A DNA stretch of 64,000 bases from Wickerhamiella versatilis (Eukaryota): assembly GCA_030867685.1 (NCBI GenBank), contig JAQOWU010000003.1:620001-684000 (forward strand), read 5' to 3'. The translations under genes were made by a program, and so were the position numbers. How positions within the stretch are numbered: position 1 is the first letter of the stretch; each line of letters opens with the position of its first letter. The notes below the pieces were generated by a model. The model did not search any database. It saw nothing but the letters and a program-made list of their open reading frames with translations, and was not told where the DNA came from. Positions 8,568 to 17,601 of this stretch are shown here, in pieces.

Positions 8568-11500
8568 ATGGCAGCATCGGATGACCCGTTTATATATGTT
8601 TTGTGGCAGGCAGCTACTGTGTGCATAAACAGGGAGTTTAATTACCTCCCTTTGTTACACGGACAGACACCCCCGCCCTCAGGTAAGCAAATGTCCGACT
8701 CGGGCAGTGGGGAGGTGGAAGATTTGGTAGCCGCTAGTACTCCTCATGGTATAGTTTTGGAATTGAGTCTTGACCAACGCATACGATATGTTTCTCCACA
8801 GTCTGGAGAGGCTATAAACCTAACTGCAAGCGAGTTACAAGGCAAACATATATCAGATTTCATCGCAGGTACTAGTGAGGACAAACGGGTTTTTGAAAGG
8901 GCACATGAAGAGCTAAGGGGCTCAGACGAATCAATGACAGTCACGTTTGCATTAGGACGTCCCGATGAGGACTTAGTTATGATGCTTGATGCCCAAGGGA
9001 TACTACTTGAGGACTATTCATTATGGTTTGTTACACACCATGTGCAAAGACCACCTGTCGCTGTCGAGCTTCCAGAAAAGCTAGTACACACTTCTGGATT
9101 TGCGACAGAGGTCTTTGGCCGGTTCCTCGAGGATTTGATACGGGCAATCCGAAGTGGGGCACCTGCGATACCCGCCCCTCCAATTGAGCTTTGCAGAATA
9201 TGTGAAAGTTTTATAAAAACTTGGTGGTTTGAACGGCATTCTTTACTTTGTGCAGGTGAACAAAGGTTGCAGGGTCGCGCTAATGATACTTTTGAGAGAT
9301 TACTGGAATTTCGGGTTCAGCTCTCACAAATCCTGAATAGCCCTGGACGTGTTACATATAAAGGCCAACTTCTGCCTAACATATCATTGAAAACTTCAAT
9401 ATCTCAACGGAATCACTCTGGTCTTCCAGTTGTTAGAGTCTCTTCTCCGTTGGCTGAGAGACCGATGTCACCAGGGAGACAAGTTATATGCGAATTGGTC
9501 GAGGGTATTGACCTTGCGCTGACGCTAGATGCTTCGGATGGGGCCAGGTCATTCCTCGAGAGTTCCAGTGATATAATGAACGATGTTCGGCAGATTTTCT
9601 CCCTAGCAGCGCCTCCGGAAGCACCAGAATTGGATGTTCTGCTTCAAGATGGAAAGACATTTATTGCTTGCCTACTGGATACTGTTGAGCGTCTCCAGTC
9701 ATTCATTCGTTACGCAGATCAATTAAATAGGGAAGTGGATGCTCAGGTACGGGAAACAATTGAGACTGTGGTTGAAGCTACGGAGTGGGCTGGCATGGCT
9801 TCTGATGTGGAACCACACCCAGTGACAATAGAAATGCCTCAGTATGCTGTCCCTAACTTGGAAGATTCTAGGGATGATAATGTATTTGAAGACACAATGC
9901 AATCTAGAAAATACCAACCATTCGAAACAGACCCGCCACTACAACCAGCAGGCCATCGGCTATCGGAAACTCCATTAAGGTCAAGTCCCAGTCTGAGCCC
10001 ACGAATGAGCCCACGAATGAGCCCCCGAATGAGTCCACGGTTGAGTCCGCGTCTTTGGCCCTCCACGCCCACGGATAGCTCGCGGCGTAAGAGCTTTACC
10101 AGTCTCAGTGTGGCAAGGGCACAGGGGTTTAATTTATCCTCGTTACAGCGACGAAGAAGCACGACTTCAAGTGTTAAGAGTGATGATAGTTCAGTGAGTG
10201 GTGCCAGGGCAGCACCCCCGTCGATCCGAGACTATGAGGTCGTATCACCAATAAGCCGTGGCGCATATGGAATGGTTTATTTGGCACGAAAGAAGCTGAC
10301 AGGAGAGCTTTTTGCTATCAAGGTATTGAAAAAGAGTGATATGGTGGCTAAAAATCAAGTCTGGCATGTTAGAGCTGAAAGACGTATCCTAATTACTACA
10401 GCGCAGTCTCCGTATGTTGCGACGTTATACTTTACATTTCAAAATCGGGATTATCTCTATCTTGTTATGGAATATGTACCAGGTGGAGACTGTGCCTCAC
10501 TGCTGAAGAACGTTAGCATTTTGGATGAATCTTGGGCCCGTCAATACATTGCTGAGGTTATTGTCGCTGTAGATTCCTTGCATCAATTGGGTGTGCTCCA
10601 CAGGGACATCAAGCCTGATAATCTTTTAATTGATTTGCGTGGACATCTGAAATTAAGTGATTTCGGGTTGAGCCAGCAAAGAAAAGTTACGGAAGAGTAT
10701 ACTCGTCGGCTTGGAACGCCAGATTATTTAGCGCCAGAAACTATTCTTGGCAGTGATCAGTCTGATGCTACTGATTGGTGGAGCGTTGGAATAATAACAT
10801 TCGAGCTTCTTTATGGAATTCCCCCATTTAACGCAGACACACCTGAGGAGATTTTCGATAATATCTGTTCTCTAAACTATAAGTTCCCACTTATACCTGC
10901 TTCTGAAGATGTCTCTAGCGAAGCAAAAGACTTAATCACTCGTCTTTTGGTTTTGGACCCACGTCAAAGATTGAATTTTCAAGAACTTCAGCAACATCCA
11001 TGGTTTGATACAGTCAATTGGGAGACACTTTTTTCAGGGAGTGGCCCATTCGTACCTCATGTAAAAACGCCTACCTCAACCGAGTACTTCGATACCCGAG
11101 GAGCTCTTCCGGCAATGCCAATGGACGATGACGATACAAATTTCGCGGATGAATTTGGAAATTTTAGTTATCGTAACCTCCCTTTGCTGGAAAGAGCTAA
11201 TCATGATGTGATAATGAAACTTCGTACGTCTCGCGGGTCAGATGCAAGTGCAAACTCACCAACACATTCAAGCTCGAGCTCTACACCGGTGGGAACCCCT
11301 GCACCTGTAACACCCACAATGACACCATTGAGGTTTTCTCGGAGGAATCACCAATTGTCCTATGGCTCACCAGCAGTCCTTGTCTGTGGTTTAGGACTGG
11401 AGGGACCTCTGGCATCATTGGAGTGCCGAGTAGTAGTTGCAAAATCGGCGGACGAAGTAATCCGTCGTGCATCTGGTTCCGTCCGTTTCAATCTGATTAT

Positions 11501-11756
11501 GCTAGTCTCCACACCTGGAGAGCTCGCAGACGACGAAGTTTGCCGCATCATAAAGTCGACTATCAATCCAAATCATGATACCCCTATTATTAGTGTGGGC
11601 GCCAATAGTAACAGAAGCGATAAGTTGTTTTCCGACTATATGCCTGAAATCACCATAGAAGAGCTTTTAAGAGTTCTTCGTGAACACTGCGATTGGGAAC
11701 CCCGAGGAGAATCTCATGGGTCAGATACTACCAGTGAGAGCGTCATTATAGATTGA
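8568..11756 (+). CDS. RIM15: PAS-kinase-receiver Ser/Thr kinase Rim15; start may be 8691
   Basis: N-terminal PAS, CRICE..H..C zinc motif, PSIRDYEVVSPISRGAYG, HRDIKPDN, GTPDYLAPE, EFGNFSYRNLPLLERAN, and a degenerate receiver domain. Confidence 0.94.
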   Translation: MAASDDPFIYVLWQAATVCINREFNYLPLLHGQTPPPSGKQMSDSGSGEVEDLVAASTPHGIVLELSLDQRIRYVSPQSGEAINLTASELQGKHISDFIAGTSEDKRVFERAHEELRGSDESMTVTFALGRPDEDLVMMLDAQGILLEDYSLWFVTHHVQRPPVAVELPEKLVHTSGFATEVFGRFLEDLIRAIRSGAPAIPAPPIELCRICESFIKTWWFERHSLLCAGEQRLQGRANDTFERLLEFRVQLSQILNSPGRVTYKGQLLPNISLKTSISQRNHSGLPVVRVSSPLAERPMSPGRQVICELVEGIDLALTLDASDGARSFLESSSDIMNDVRQIFSLAAPPEAPELDVLLQDGKTFIACLLDTVERLQSFIRYADQLNREVDAQVRETIETVVEATEWAGMASDVEPHPVTIEMPQYAVPNLEDSRDDNVFEDTMQSRKYQPFETDPPLQPAGHRLSETPLRSSPSLSPRMSPRMSPRMSPRLSPRLWPSTPTDSSRRKSFTSLSVARAQGFNLSSLQRRRSTTSSVKSDDSSVSGARAAPPSIRDYEVVSPISRGAYGMVYLARKKLTGELFAIKVLKKSDMVAKNQVWHVRAERRILITTAQSPYVATLYFTFQNRDYLYLVMEYVPGGDCASLLKNVSILDESWARQYIAEVIVAVDSLHQLGVLHRDIKPDNLLIDLRGHLKLSDFGLSQQRKVTEEYTRRLGTPDYLAPETILGSDQSDATDWWSVGIITFELLYGIPPFNADTPEEIFDNICSLNYKFPLIPASEDVSSEAKDLITRLLVLDPRQRLNFQELQQHPWFDTVNWETLFSGSGPFVPHVKTPTSTEYFDTRGALPAMPMDDDDTNFADEFGNFSYRNLPLLERANHDVIMKLRTSRGSDASANSPTHSSSSSTPVGTPAPVTPTMTPLRFSRRNHQLSYGSPAVLVCGLGLEGPLASLECRVVVAKSADEVIRRASGSVRFNLIMLVSTPGELADDEVCRIIKSTINPNHDTPIISVGANSNRSDKLFSDYMPEITIEELLRVLREHCDWEPRGESHGSDTTSESVIID
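9994..10053 (+). repeat. 12-bp coding tandem repeat (5 degenerate units) encoding SPR(M/L)
   Basis: tgagcccacgaa x2, then tgagcccccgaa, tgagtccacggt, tgagtccgcgtc. Confidence 0.9.
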
Positions 11757-11836
11757 ACTCGGGTACTTATTTATTATTGCTAGTCATTACAATAAATTAG
11801 ATTGTTAAAATTATTAACCTGATCTAAGGAACCAAG

Positions 11837-12361
11837 CTAGATTAAGTTTCTCTCACGAAGTACACTTTCGATAGACTCATTTTTCCCCATATTATGTAGT
11901 CTGCGTCCTCTCTGGATATAGGCCAAGTTGGCAGGTATCTCGGTGTTGTAGTCTAAAAGAGCATCGCATTCAACAATATCGTCTTCGAATTTTTTAACGT
12001 CTTCGGTATTCATATCTGTAATAATGAATTTGGTTTTACCGGAATCTATAAGGGAAGGTAACTCAGCTGGAGCTTCGGAGGCCTTCAAACATGTAAATTT
12101 ATTGCTTTTTGCGAAATCGAGTGGTACCTTACCGGCGTCCCCCAACACGAATACCACGCAAATATGAGGTTTAAACAAGTCCATAGCGGGTGATGGTGCT
12201 GTTCGTGATGGTTTAATTAACCAGCTTCCGAAAGCGAGACTACCTAGCAAAACTGCAAGTCCTGTCCGAGATATGCTCGGGCTTTTCTTAGGAGGTGGCT
12301 TGGTCACAGGACGAGGTGCTTTGGGCCTGACGGCAATAAATAGCGCCCGACTAAGTCTCAT
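11837..12361 (-). CDS. Mitochondrial membrane protein with a degenerate UMP-CMP-kinase-like domain (Aim36-like)
   Basis: Basic presequence, one TM segment, then VVFVLGDAG resembling Ura6 VIFVLGGPG with the P-loop lost, plus KFIITD and FEDDIVEC. Confidence 0.55.
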   Translation of the reverse strand: MRLSRALFIAVRPKAPRPVTKPPPKKSPSISRTGLAVLLGSLAFGSWLIKPSRTAPSPAMDLFKPHICVVFVLGDAGKVPLDFAKSNKFTCLKASEAPAELPSLIDSGKTKFIITDMNTEDVKKFEDDIVECDALLDYNTEIPANLAYIQRGRRLHNMGKNESIESVLRERNLI

Positions 12362-12548
12362 ATGGTAAATCCCTCCTCTAGCAGATTATGTTATGCCCCC
12401 CCTATTCACTAACCCATTTTAAGAAAAATATACACAGTTACCACTATTTTTAGTTTATTTATTTCATTTTGATTCAACTGAACTATTGATCTTAGAGGCA
12501 ATTGTGCTATCATGCTCAGACGTAATCCATATGCCATACATGTGAACC

Positions 12549-13274
12549 TTATGAGAATGAGCTGAGTTTTGGGTCGTCATAACGAAGATACTGGCCAGAG
12601 AGATCACTCGTAGCCCCTAATACCAGATTTGCATACAAGCGACCTGAATCTTCGGGCTTTACCAGCTTATTCTGAGCTTTCAGGTTCAAAAACTTTTGCT
12701 CATCCTTTGCATCCAATTCACCCGTTCCAACATGCTTATCGCGAATCAAAGTTTGCATATCAGTATCTACGACGCCAGGTGCTACGGAAAGAGAGACGAT
12801 GTCAGGTTCTTCATGTGCAAGAGTTAGAGCGAACAAGTTAATTGCGGCCTTGGATGCTCCATAGGGGGACCATGCAGGATACCCGCTACTTGAGGCACCA
12901 CTAGAAACGAATATTGCACGTCCTCCACCTCGTAGAAAAGGCACTAATTTGCTGGTGAGAGCGACTATACTGAAAACATTGATATCGAACACATCCTTAA
13001 AGTTAGCCATGCTCAGGTGCTCAATACGTTGCAAAGCTCCCAAAACCCCAGCATTGAATACAACACCATGCAACTTGTCTAGTTTCTTGACTGCCAGAAT
13101 GATAGCCTCTTGCGTATTCGCATCACATAGATCCCCCTGAATTTGAGTGAAATTCGGATTTGAGATATTAGTTGGACGTCTAGAGACTCCAATTACCGGA
13201 ACATTCTTGGACAATAGAGTCTCTGTTATGTTCAATCCAATACCAGCACTGCAACCAGTGACCAAAATACTCAT
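12549..13274 (-). CDS. Short-chain dehydrogenase/reductase (Irc24/YIR035C-like)
   Basis: TGCSAGIG, NAGVL, VSSGAS, YGASK, APGVVDTDMQ. Confidence 0.92.
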   Translation of the reverse strand: MSILVTGCSAGIGLNITETLLSKNVPVIGVSRRPTNISNPNFTQIQGDLCDANTQEAIILAVKKLDKLHGVVFNAGVLGALQRIEHLSMANFKDVFDINVFSIVALTSKLVPFLRGGGRAIFVSSGASSSGYPAWSPYGASKAAINLFALTLAHEEPDIVSLSVAPGVVDTDMQTLIRDKHVGTGELDAKDEQKFLNLKAQNKLVKPEDSGRLYANLVLGATSDLSGQYLRYDDPKLSSFS

Positions 13275-13750
13275 ATTAGTAAGAAGCGTATCCTATGGGA
13301 TTGTCATTTCCTAAATCAATGCATCTGATAACGCCTCAGATGTACCATTTAAAATCCACAAGTGGGACTGCGGTGAAAAATGGCCTTTAGTTTTTGGTCA
13401 GGGTCATAATATGTAAGAGGTGCCTGAAGATTCGATGCTACGGATATTAAAGACTTATTAGAGCCTGAAACATGCCATATGTGTGTACACTGACCGTGTA
13501 TTATATCATTGCTCTGCTGCAACTTTTTCAATACATGGGAGTATCGATATAGTACTTAAAGAGCCCGTCAAACCTTCTTTGCGGTGAGGCCACAGTGCTC
13601 TTGACATCAAATTTCTAATGCTAAGCTCATTTTAATTAGCTAGTAGAGGGAGAATTGCAAAACCACTGGTAACTTTCCAGCGACCTGCTAGATCTAGTCT
13701 GATTATTTGATTACAAATCAAAATTTGCGGCTAGTGGAGGCCGCGAGGCG

Positions 13751-15322
13751 ATGTCGAAAAGACATGAATCTGATACGAGATTAAGACCGGATAGCCCTTC
13801 ATTTCGGCCAGCGAGTGCACCGATGGTACATTCGCCACCAGCAGGACCTAGTGGTAACTTAAGTCCTGGAATCAGTGGTCAAAAATGGAGTCCGCGTAGT
13901 CGCGGTGCCCGTACTCGATTTAATCCTAGCCGTACGTTTCATATGGCAAATAAAACCAGCAAGTTCAATCCTAAGTCTACCTTCAGTCCGTCAGCCACCC
14001 CACCCACTGACCAGGTGGGTGGTACGGTGGATGGCGCGTTCACAGATCTCGTTCCCAAGTTCAATCCACTGCTTGCAGATTGGTCCGCCCTATATCATCC
14101 ACCTTTGCATCCATTGCAGTATAATCTCTATGCCCCGGCTCCGTTTCGCGTAAGGCCGGCTTTGGAGGAACACCAACGTGTTGCAGATGATCTATTCATA
14201 CCTGCCAAGCTCAGGGATGAGCTTGTTGAGCGCAACGAAGCAATACTACAGGTTCTACCTACCTCTAATCTACCCGATTTTGTTCATGTTTACCACAGCC
14301 TCCTTCCGTTGGATTTGAAGCCATCGACGTCACATAAATTCGGTGAATATCCATATTGGCGCTATAAGGTGGTTTCTGCTACTGATGGGCGTACCTATTG
14401 TTTGCTACGTATAGGGGGGTTTACGCTGCCCAAAGAATACTCGCTTCAAGCAGTCAATAAATGGAAGCGGTTGGCTTCTGCTGGTGTCGTTGGCGTGGTC
14501 GAGGCATTCACGACACTAGCCTTTGGGGACCATAGCTTGGTAGTTGTTCACGAGTACTGGCCGCTTGCACGGCCAGTGTGCGAAGTATACGAAGTTCCAC
14601 CCCCTGAGGGACTTATGTGGTCGTTGGCCGCTCAGTTATTTGGTGCCGTTCAAGCAATTCACAAGCAGAAACTGGTTGCAAGGATTATAGACTCCAAACG
14701 GGTCCTAGTTACCAGTAAGGATAGACTTCGTATTGGCTCTTGCGGTGTCCTGGATATTGTTGATTTTGACGAGCCGGTCGACCCTAGTCAGGATTGGAAG
14801 GATGTAGGAGCTGTTCTCAAGGACATCGGATCCACATCTAGTGGAGTATTCAATTACTCTCCAGATTTCAAGGCATTCATAGAATCTCTTGATTCTGGTC
14901 ATTCTGACGTCGAGAAATTGGCTCCCCATTTATGGCGCGTCTTAGATGGCTCCTTGAGCTTTGTTGATGAGCTTGAAAGCCAGCTAAGCACTGAACTTGA
15001 AAATGGACGTCTTGTACGCCTTTTAGCCAAACTAGAGTTCGTATTTGATCGTCCGGAATATGAGCACGATCCGGAGTGGACACCTCAGGGGTCCAAGTAT
15101 CCTCTGAGATTATTCAAGGATTTTGTTTTCCATCAAAGTGACGATCAAAATCACCCATCCATGGATCTCGCTCGAACTATAACCTATCTTAACAAGCTTG
15201 ACGCAGGTATTGATGAAAACATCTTACTTACGAGCCATGATCACAAGTCTCGCATAATAGTGAGCTATAAAGATTTGAAACTGCAAATCGAGCAGATTTT
15301 TCGAGAACTTATGGCTACATAA
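13751..15322 (+). CDS. PAN3: Pan2-Pan3 deadenylase pseudokinase subunit
   Basis: PLQYNLYAP, YHSLLPLD, EAFTTLAFGDHSL, ELENGRLVRLLAKL, LNKLDAGIDE. Confidence 0.95.
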   Translation: MSKRHESDTRLRPDSPSFRPASAPMVHSPPAGPSGNLSPGISGQKWSPRSRGARTRFNPSRTFHMANKTSKFNPKSTFSPSATPPTDQVGGTVDGAFTDLVPKFNPLLADWSALYHPPLHPLQYNLYAPAPFRVRPALEEHQRVADDLFIPAKLRDELVERNEAILQVLPTSNLPDFVHVYHSLLPLDLKPSTSHKFGEYPYWRYKVVSATDGRTYCLLRIGGFTLPKEYSLQAVNKWKRLASAGVVGVVEAFTTLAFGDHSLVVVHEYWPLARPVCEVYEVPPPEGLMWSLAAQLFGAVQAIHKQKLVARIIDSKRVLVTSKDRLRIGSCGVLDIVDFDEPVDPSQDWKDVGAVLKDIGSTSSGVFNYSPDFKAFIESLDSGHSDVEKLAPHLWRVLDGSLSFVDELESQLSTELENGRLVRLLAKLEFVFDRPEYEHDPEWTPQGSKYPLRLFKDFVFHQSDDQNHPSMDLARTITYLNKLDAGIDENILLTSHDHKSRIIVSYKDLKLQIEQIFRELMAT

Positions 15323-15339
15323 TGGTTCGGTTTTTGATC

Positions 15340-15492
15340 TTACAGCTGAGGGGAGAGATACTCAGCAAGTGGCGACTGGAGGAACGCGACGCCAGCAATA
15401 AACAAGGCGCTGTTGACGATTATAGGGCGCGCGGGACCTTGCAAAACAGCAGTTATACTAGACAAAATGGACGTTTCTTGTTCCTTGACCAT
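15340..15492 (-). CDS. TOM6: Mitochondrial import receptor subunit Tom6 (50 aa, not in the ORF track)
   Basis: Manual translation gives MVKEQETSILSSITAVLQGPARPIIVNSALFIAGVAFLQSPLAEYLSPQL*. The tail matches the Tom6 signature N..FF.AGVAFIQSPL.D.LAPQL. Confidence 0.92.
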   Translation of the reverse strand: MVKEQETSILSSITAVLQGPARPIIVNSALFIAGVAFLQSPLAEYLSPQL

Positions 15493-15546
15493 TTCTGAAG
15501 AGCAGTGAAAACTTGGGTGAGTCGAGGTTGTGATTATTCAGCACAA

Positions 15547-15719
15547 TCACTGAAGAAGGTGAAGAATTGCGAAAGCTGTCTCCGCAACCAAAACTACAAG
15601 TACGGGAATAAAACAAATGGCCCCGAGAAAAATCTTAGTTTAGTTAGCGTTACCAGATGCACTTATATTAAGCCTTTTTTGACTCAATCACTTACGAAGA
15701 CCGCGCTTGCGGCAGCCAT
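15547..15719 (-). CDS. Putative two-exon 36-aa hydrophobic micropeptide (exons 15719-15696 and 15633-15547)
   Basis: aagtATGg start followed by a phase-0 intron. Spliced product: MAAASAVFIFLGAICFIPVLVVLVAETAFAILHLLQ*. Confidence 0.5.
15634..15695 (-). other. Putative 62-nt spliceosomal intron
   Basis: 5' GTAAGT (15695-15690), branch GCTAAC (15648-15643), first AG 9 nt downstream (an AAG acceptor, less common than YAG). Confidence 0.55.
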
Positions 15720-15750
15720 ACTTGTCGGATAGGTTATTCAGCAAGGTACT

Positions 15751-16506
15751 ATGCTCGATCGTCTTCAAAGCTGGTTGGGTGGTGGCAAGGCCATCAGCAA
15801 ACTCTTTGTCGTATTTAATAATCGTCGGCTTGGTGTAACGTTTGGTGATGAGGATTATGACGGAAAAGATATCAAGCTAGGGAGTCTAAGGCTGAAGCTT
15901 GCTGAGCAACTGGGCGTTCCTGCAGACGAGCTTCAGTTGTATCAAGTTGAGCCACGTCGGAAACTCACCAGTGATGGTGCTGGTCTACTGAGTTTTGGAA
16001 TAAATAACAATGATGAACTTCTAGCTGTGCATAAACCCAAGCCAAAGCCACAAGGCCCCAAGGAGCAAATTACATCGCTCGTTCAAGATATTGATATTAA
16101 ACTCGGGGAGCGTATGCGCAAATTTTGTGCTGCACCTCCTCAGGACAAGGAGCAACGTGAAACCGAGTATCGGATTTTAACCGAAGTGATTTTGGCAGCG
16201 ATGATCAAGCTTGATGACGTCGATGCTGCTGGGGATCCTGAAATTAGAGCCAGCCGTAAAGAGGCGATTAACAAGTTGAACGTATATAACAAGGATATTG
16301 ACGACGCCAATTCGCAGCCCTTCCAAAACCAACCAAAAAAGGATAGTGACAACATCAATCCTGGCCAGGCCGGAAGCCAGACAGAACAGAATAACAAGAA
16401 GGGGAAGAGTCGACGTGGACGTGGTAATAATAAGGGTCATAGAGGCGGGGGCCATCGAGGTGGAAATGGTTCCCAGCATTCTTCCCGCAAGCATACACCA
16501 AAGTAA
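15751..16506 (+). CDS. Ubiquitin-like + BAG domain Hsp70 co-chaperone (BAG1-like)
   Basis: Ubl-like LAEQLGVPADELQL..LLSFGI, BAG-like ILTEVILAAMIKLDDVDAAGDPEIRASRKEAI, and an R/G-rich tail. Confidence 0.85.
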   Translation: MLDRLQSWLGGGKAISKLFVVFNNRRLGVTFGDEDYDGKDIKLGSLRLKLAEQLGVPADELQLYQVEPRRKLTSDGAGLLSFGINNNDELLAVHKPKPKPQGPKEQITSLVQDIDIKLGERMRKFCAAPPQDKEQRETEYRILTEVILAAMIKLDDVDAAGDPEIRASRKEAINKLNVYNKDIDDANSQPFQNQPKKDSDNINPGQAGSQTEQNNKKGKSRRGRGNNKGHRGGGHRGGNGSQHSSRKHTPK

Positions 16507-16608
16507 AGGCCATAATAATGATTTTGTAGCGAAATGAGATGTGTTAGATTTGAAAGACTTACTGAACTGGTGGACATATATAAATGAATCATTATATGTA
16601 TATATATA

Positions 16609-17238
16609 TTATCTCAATGCCTTCTCAACCTGCTGTGGCGACGTGAGAAATCCTGCCAGCATTTCGAGCTGACAGAGCTTAGCCACACCTGTTTTACCCT
16701 GGCGTTGTAGAAGCCTTTTATTAATTTCTGATGCCAATTCAATTTTTCGCGAGGGAGCCAATAGCTCGGCCGCCTCTGCAACTTTCGATTCTGGATAACA
16801 TATGAGCGACATAACCGTATTCAGCCGATCTAGAAGGACTTCCCTAAAGTTTCCATCATTTTGTTCCTCTACTAGGGGAAGTAGCTGTGATTTAGCGAAT
16901 TCGACCAACGGAAGTACCTCCTCAATATTATTGTCCAAGTCGACCTGACGGATCATCTCGACTAGCTGAAGTCGCTGAATTTCGAAAAGATCATCATGCT
17001 TTGTCAAAAAATATAGCGGGTCAAACTCTGCAACTAGCTCTAATGCATCGGAAAACCTGCCGTCTACTATTGCTCGAGTGATATCCCGCCTCATCCCGAT
17101 CTCCTGTAAGTCCACATCCTCAGTGATCATAGCCTCTTTAATCAATGCCTCAGCTACCTCCTTTTCCCCGCGCACAATGAGATAGTCAAGCACGAGAGCA
17201 TTGAGCTGCGAGGCGGTAAGGCCTGATGTGTCGTCCAT
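16609..17238 (-). CDS. GID8: LisH-CTLH-CRA protein of the GID complex
   Basis: LisH LNALVLDYLI..VAEALIKEA, CTLH ITRAIVDG..ALELV, LQLVEMIR, and a CRA-like end. Confidence 0.8.
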   Translation of the reverse strand: MDDTSGLTASQLNALVLDYLIVRGEKEVAEALIKEAMITEDVDLQEIGMRRDITRAIVDGRFSDALELVAEFDPLYFLTKHDDLFEIQRLQLVEMIRQVDLDNNIEEVLPLVEFAKSQLLPLVEEQNDGNFREVLLDRLNTVMSLICYPESKVAEAAELLAPSRKIELASEINKRLLQRQGKTGVAKLCQLEMLAGFLTSPQQVEKALR

Positions 17239-17601
17239 TGATTATATAACCGGATTTCGCTATCAGACGTACTTGTAGAATGGTGGTAGAAGTGGTGAAC
17301 AGGCAAAATGAGATATCGGAAAAAAGTATCAGAAAAAATATTCCGCACAATTGTAATTGGCTTGTTGGATGGGTCAATAGAAATTCGAGATATCGCATCT
17401 TGTTATATCTGGTCTATAGGGCCTGACATTGAGGACTTGTATTTTTCCTGACAGCTTCAAGTGCAAATTGGTCATAATTTACTTTTTGCAGCTTGCTGCA
17501 GCTAGGATTAGTTATAAGATATGAACCACATGAAAAATGCCAGTGGGCTATTTATATTACTTAATAAAAAAAATTACAGGCCTTCATCCTCACACAAAAA
17601 T

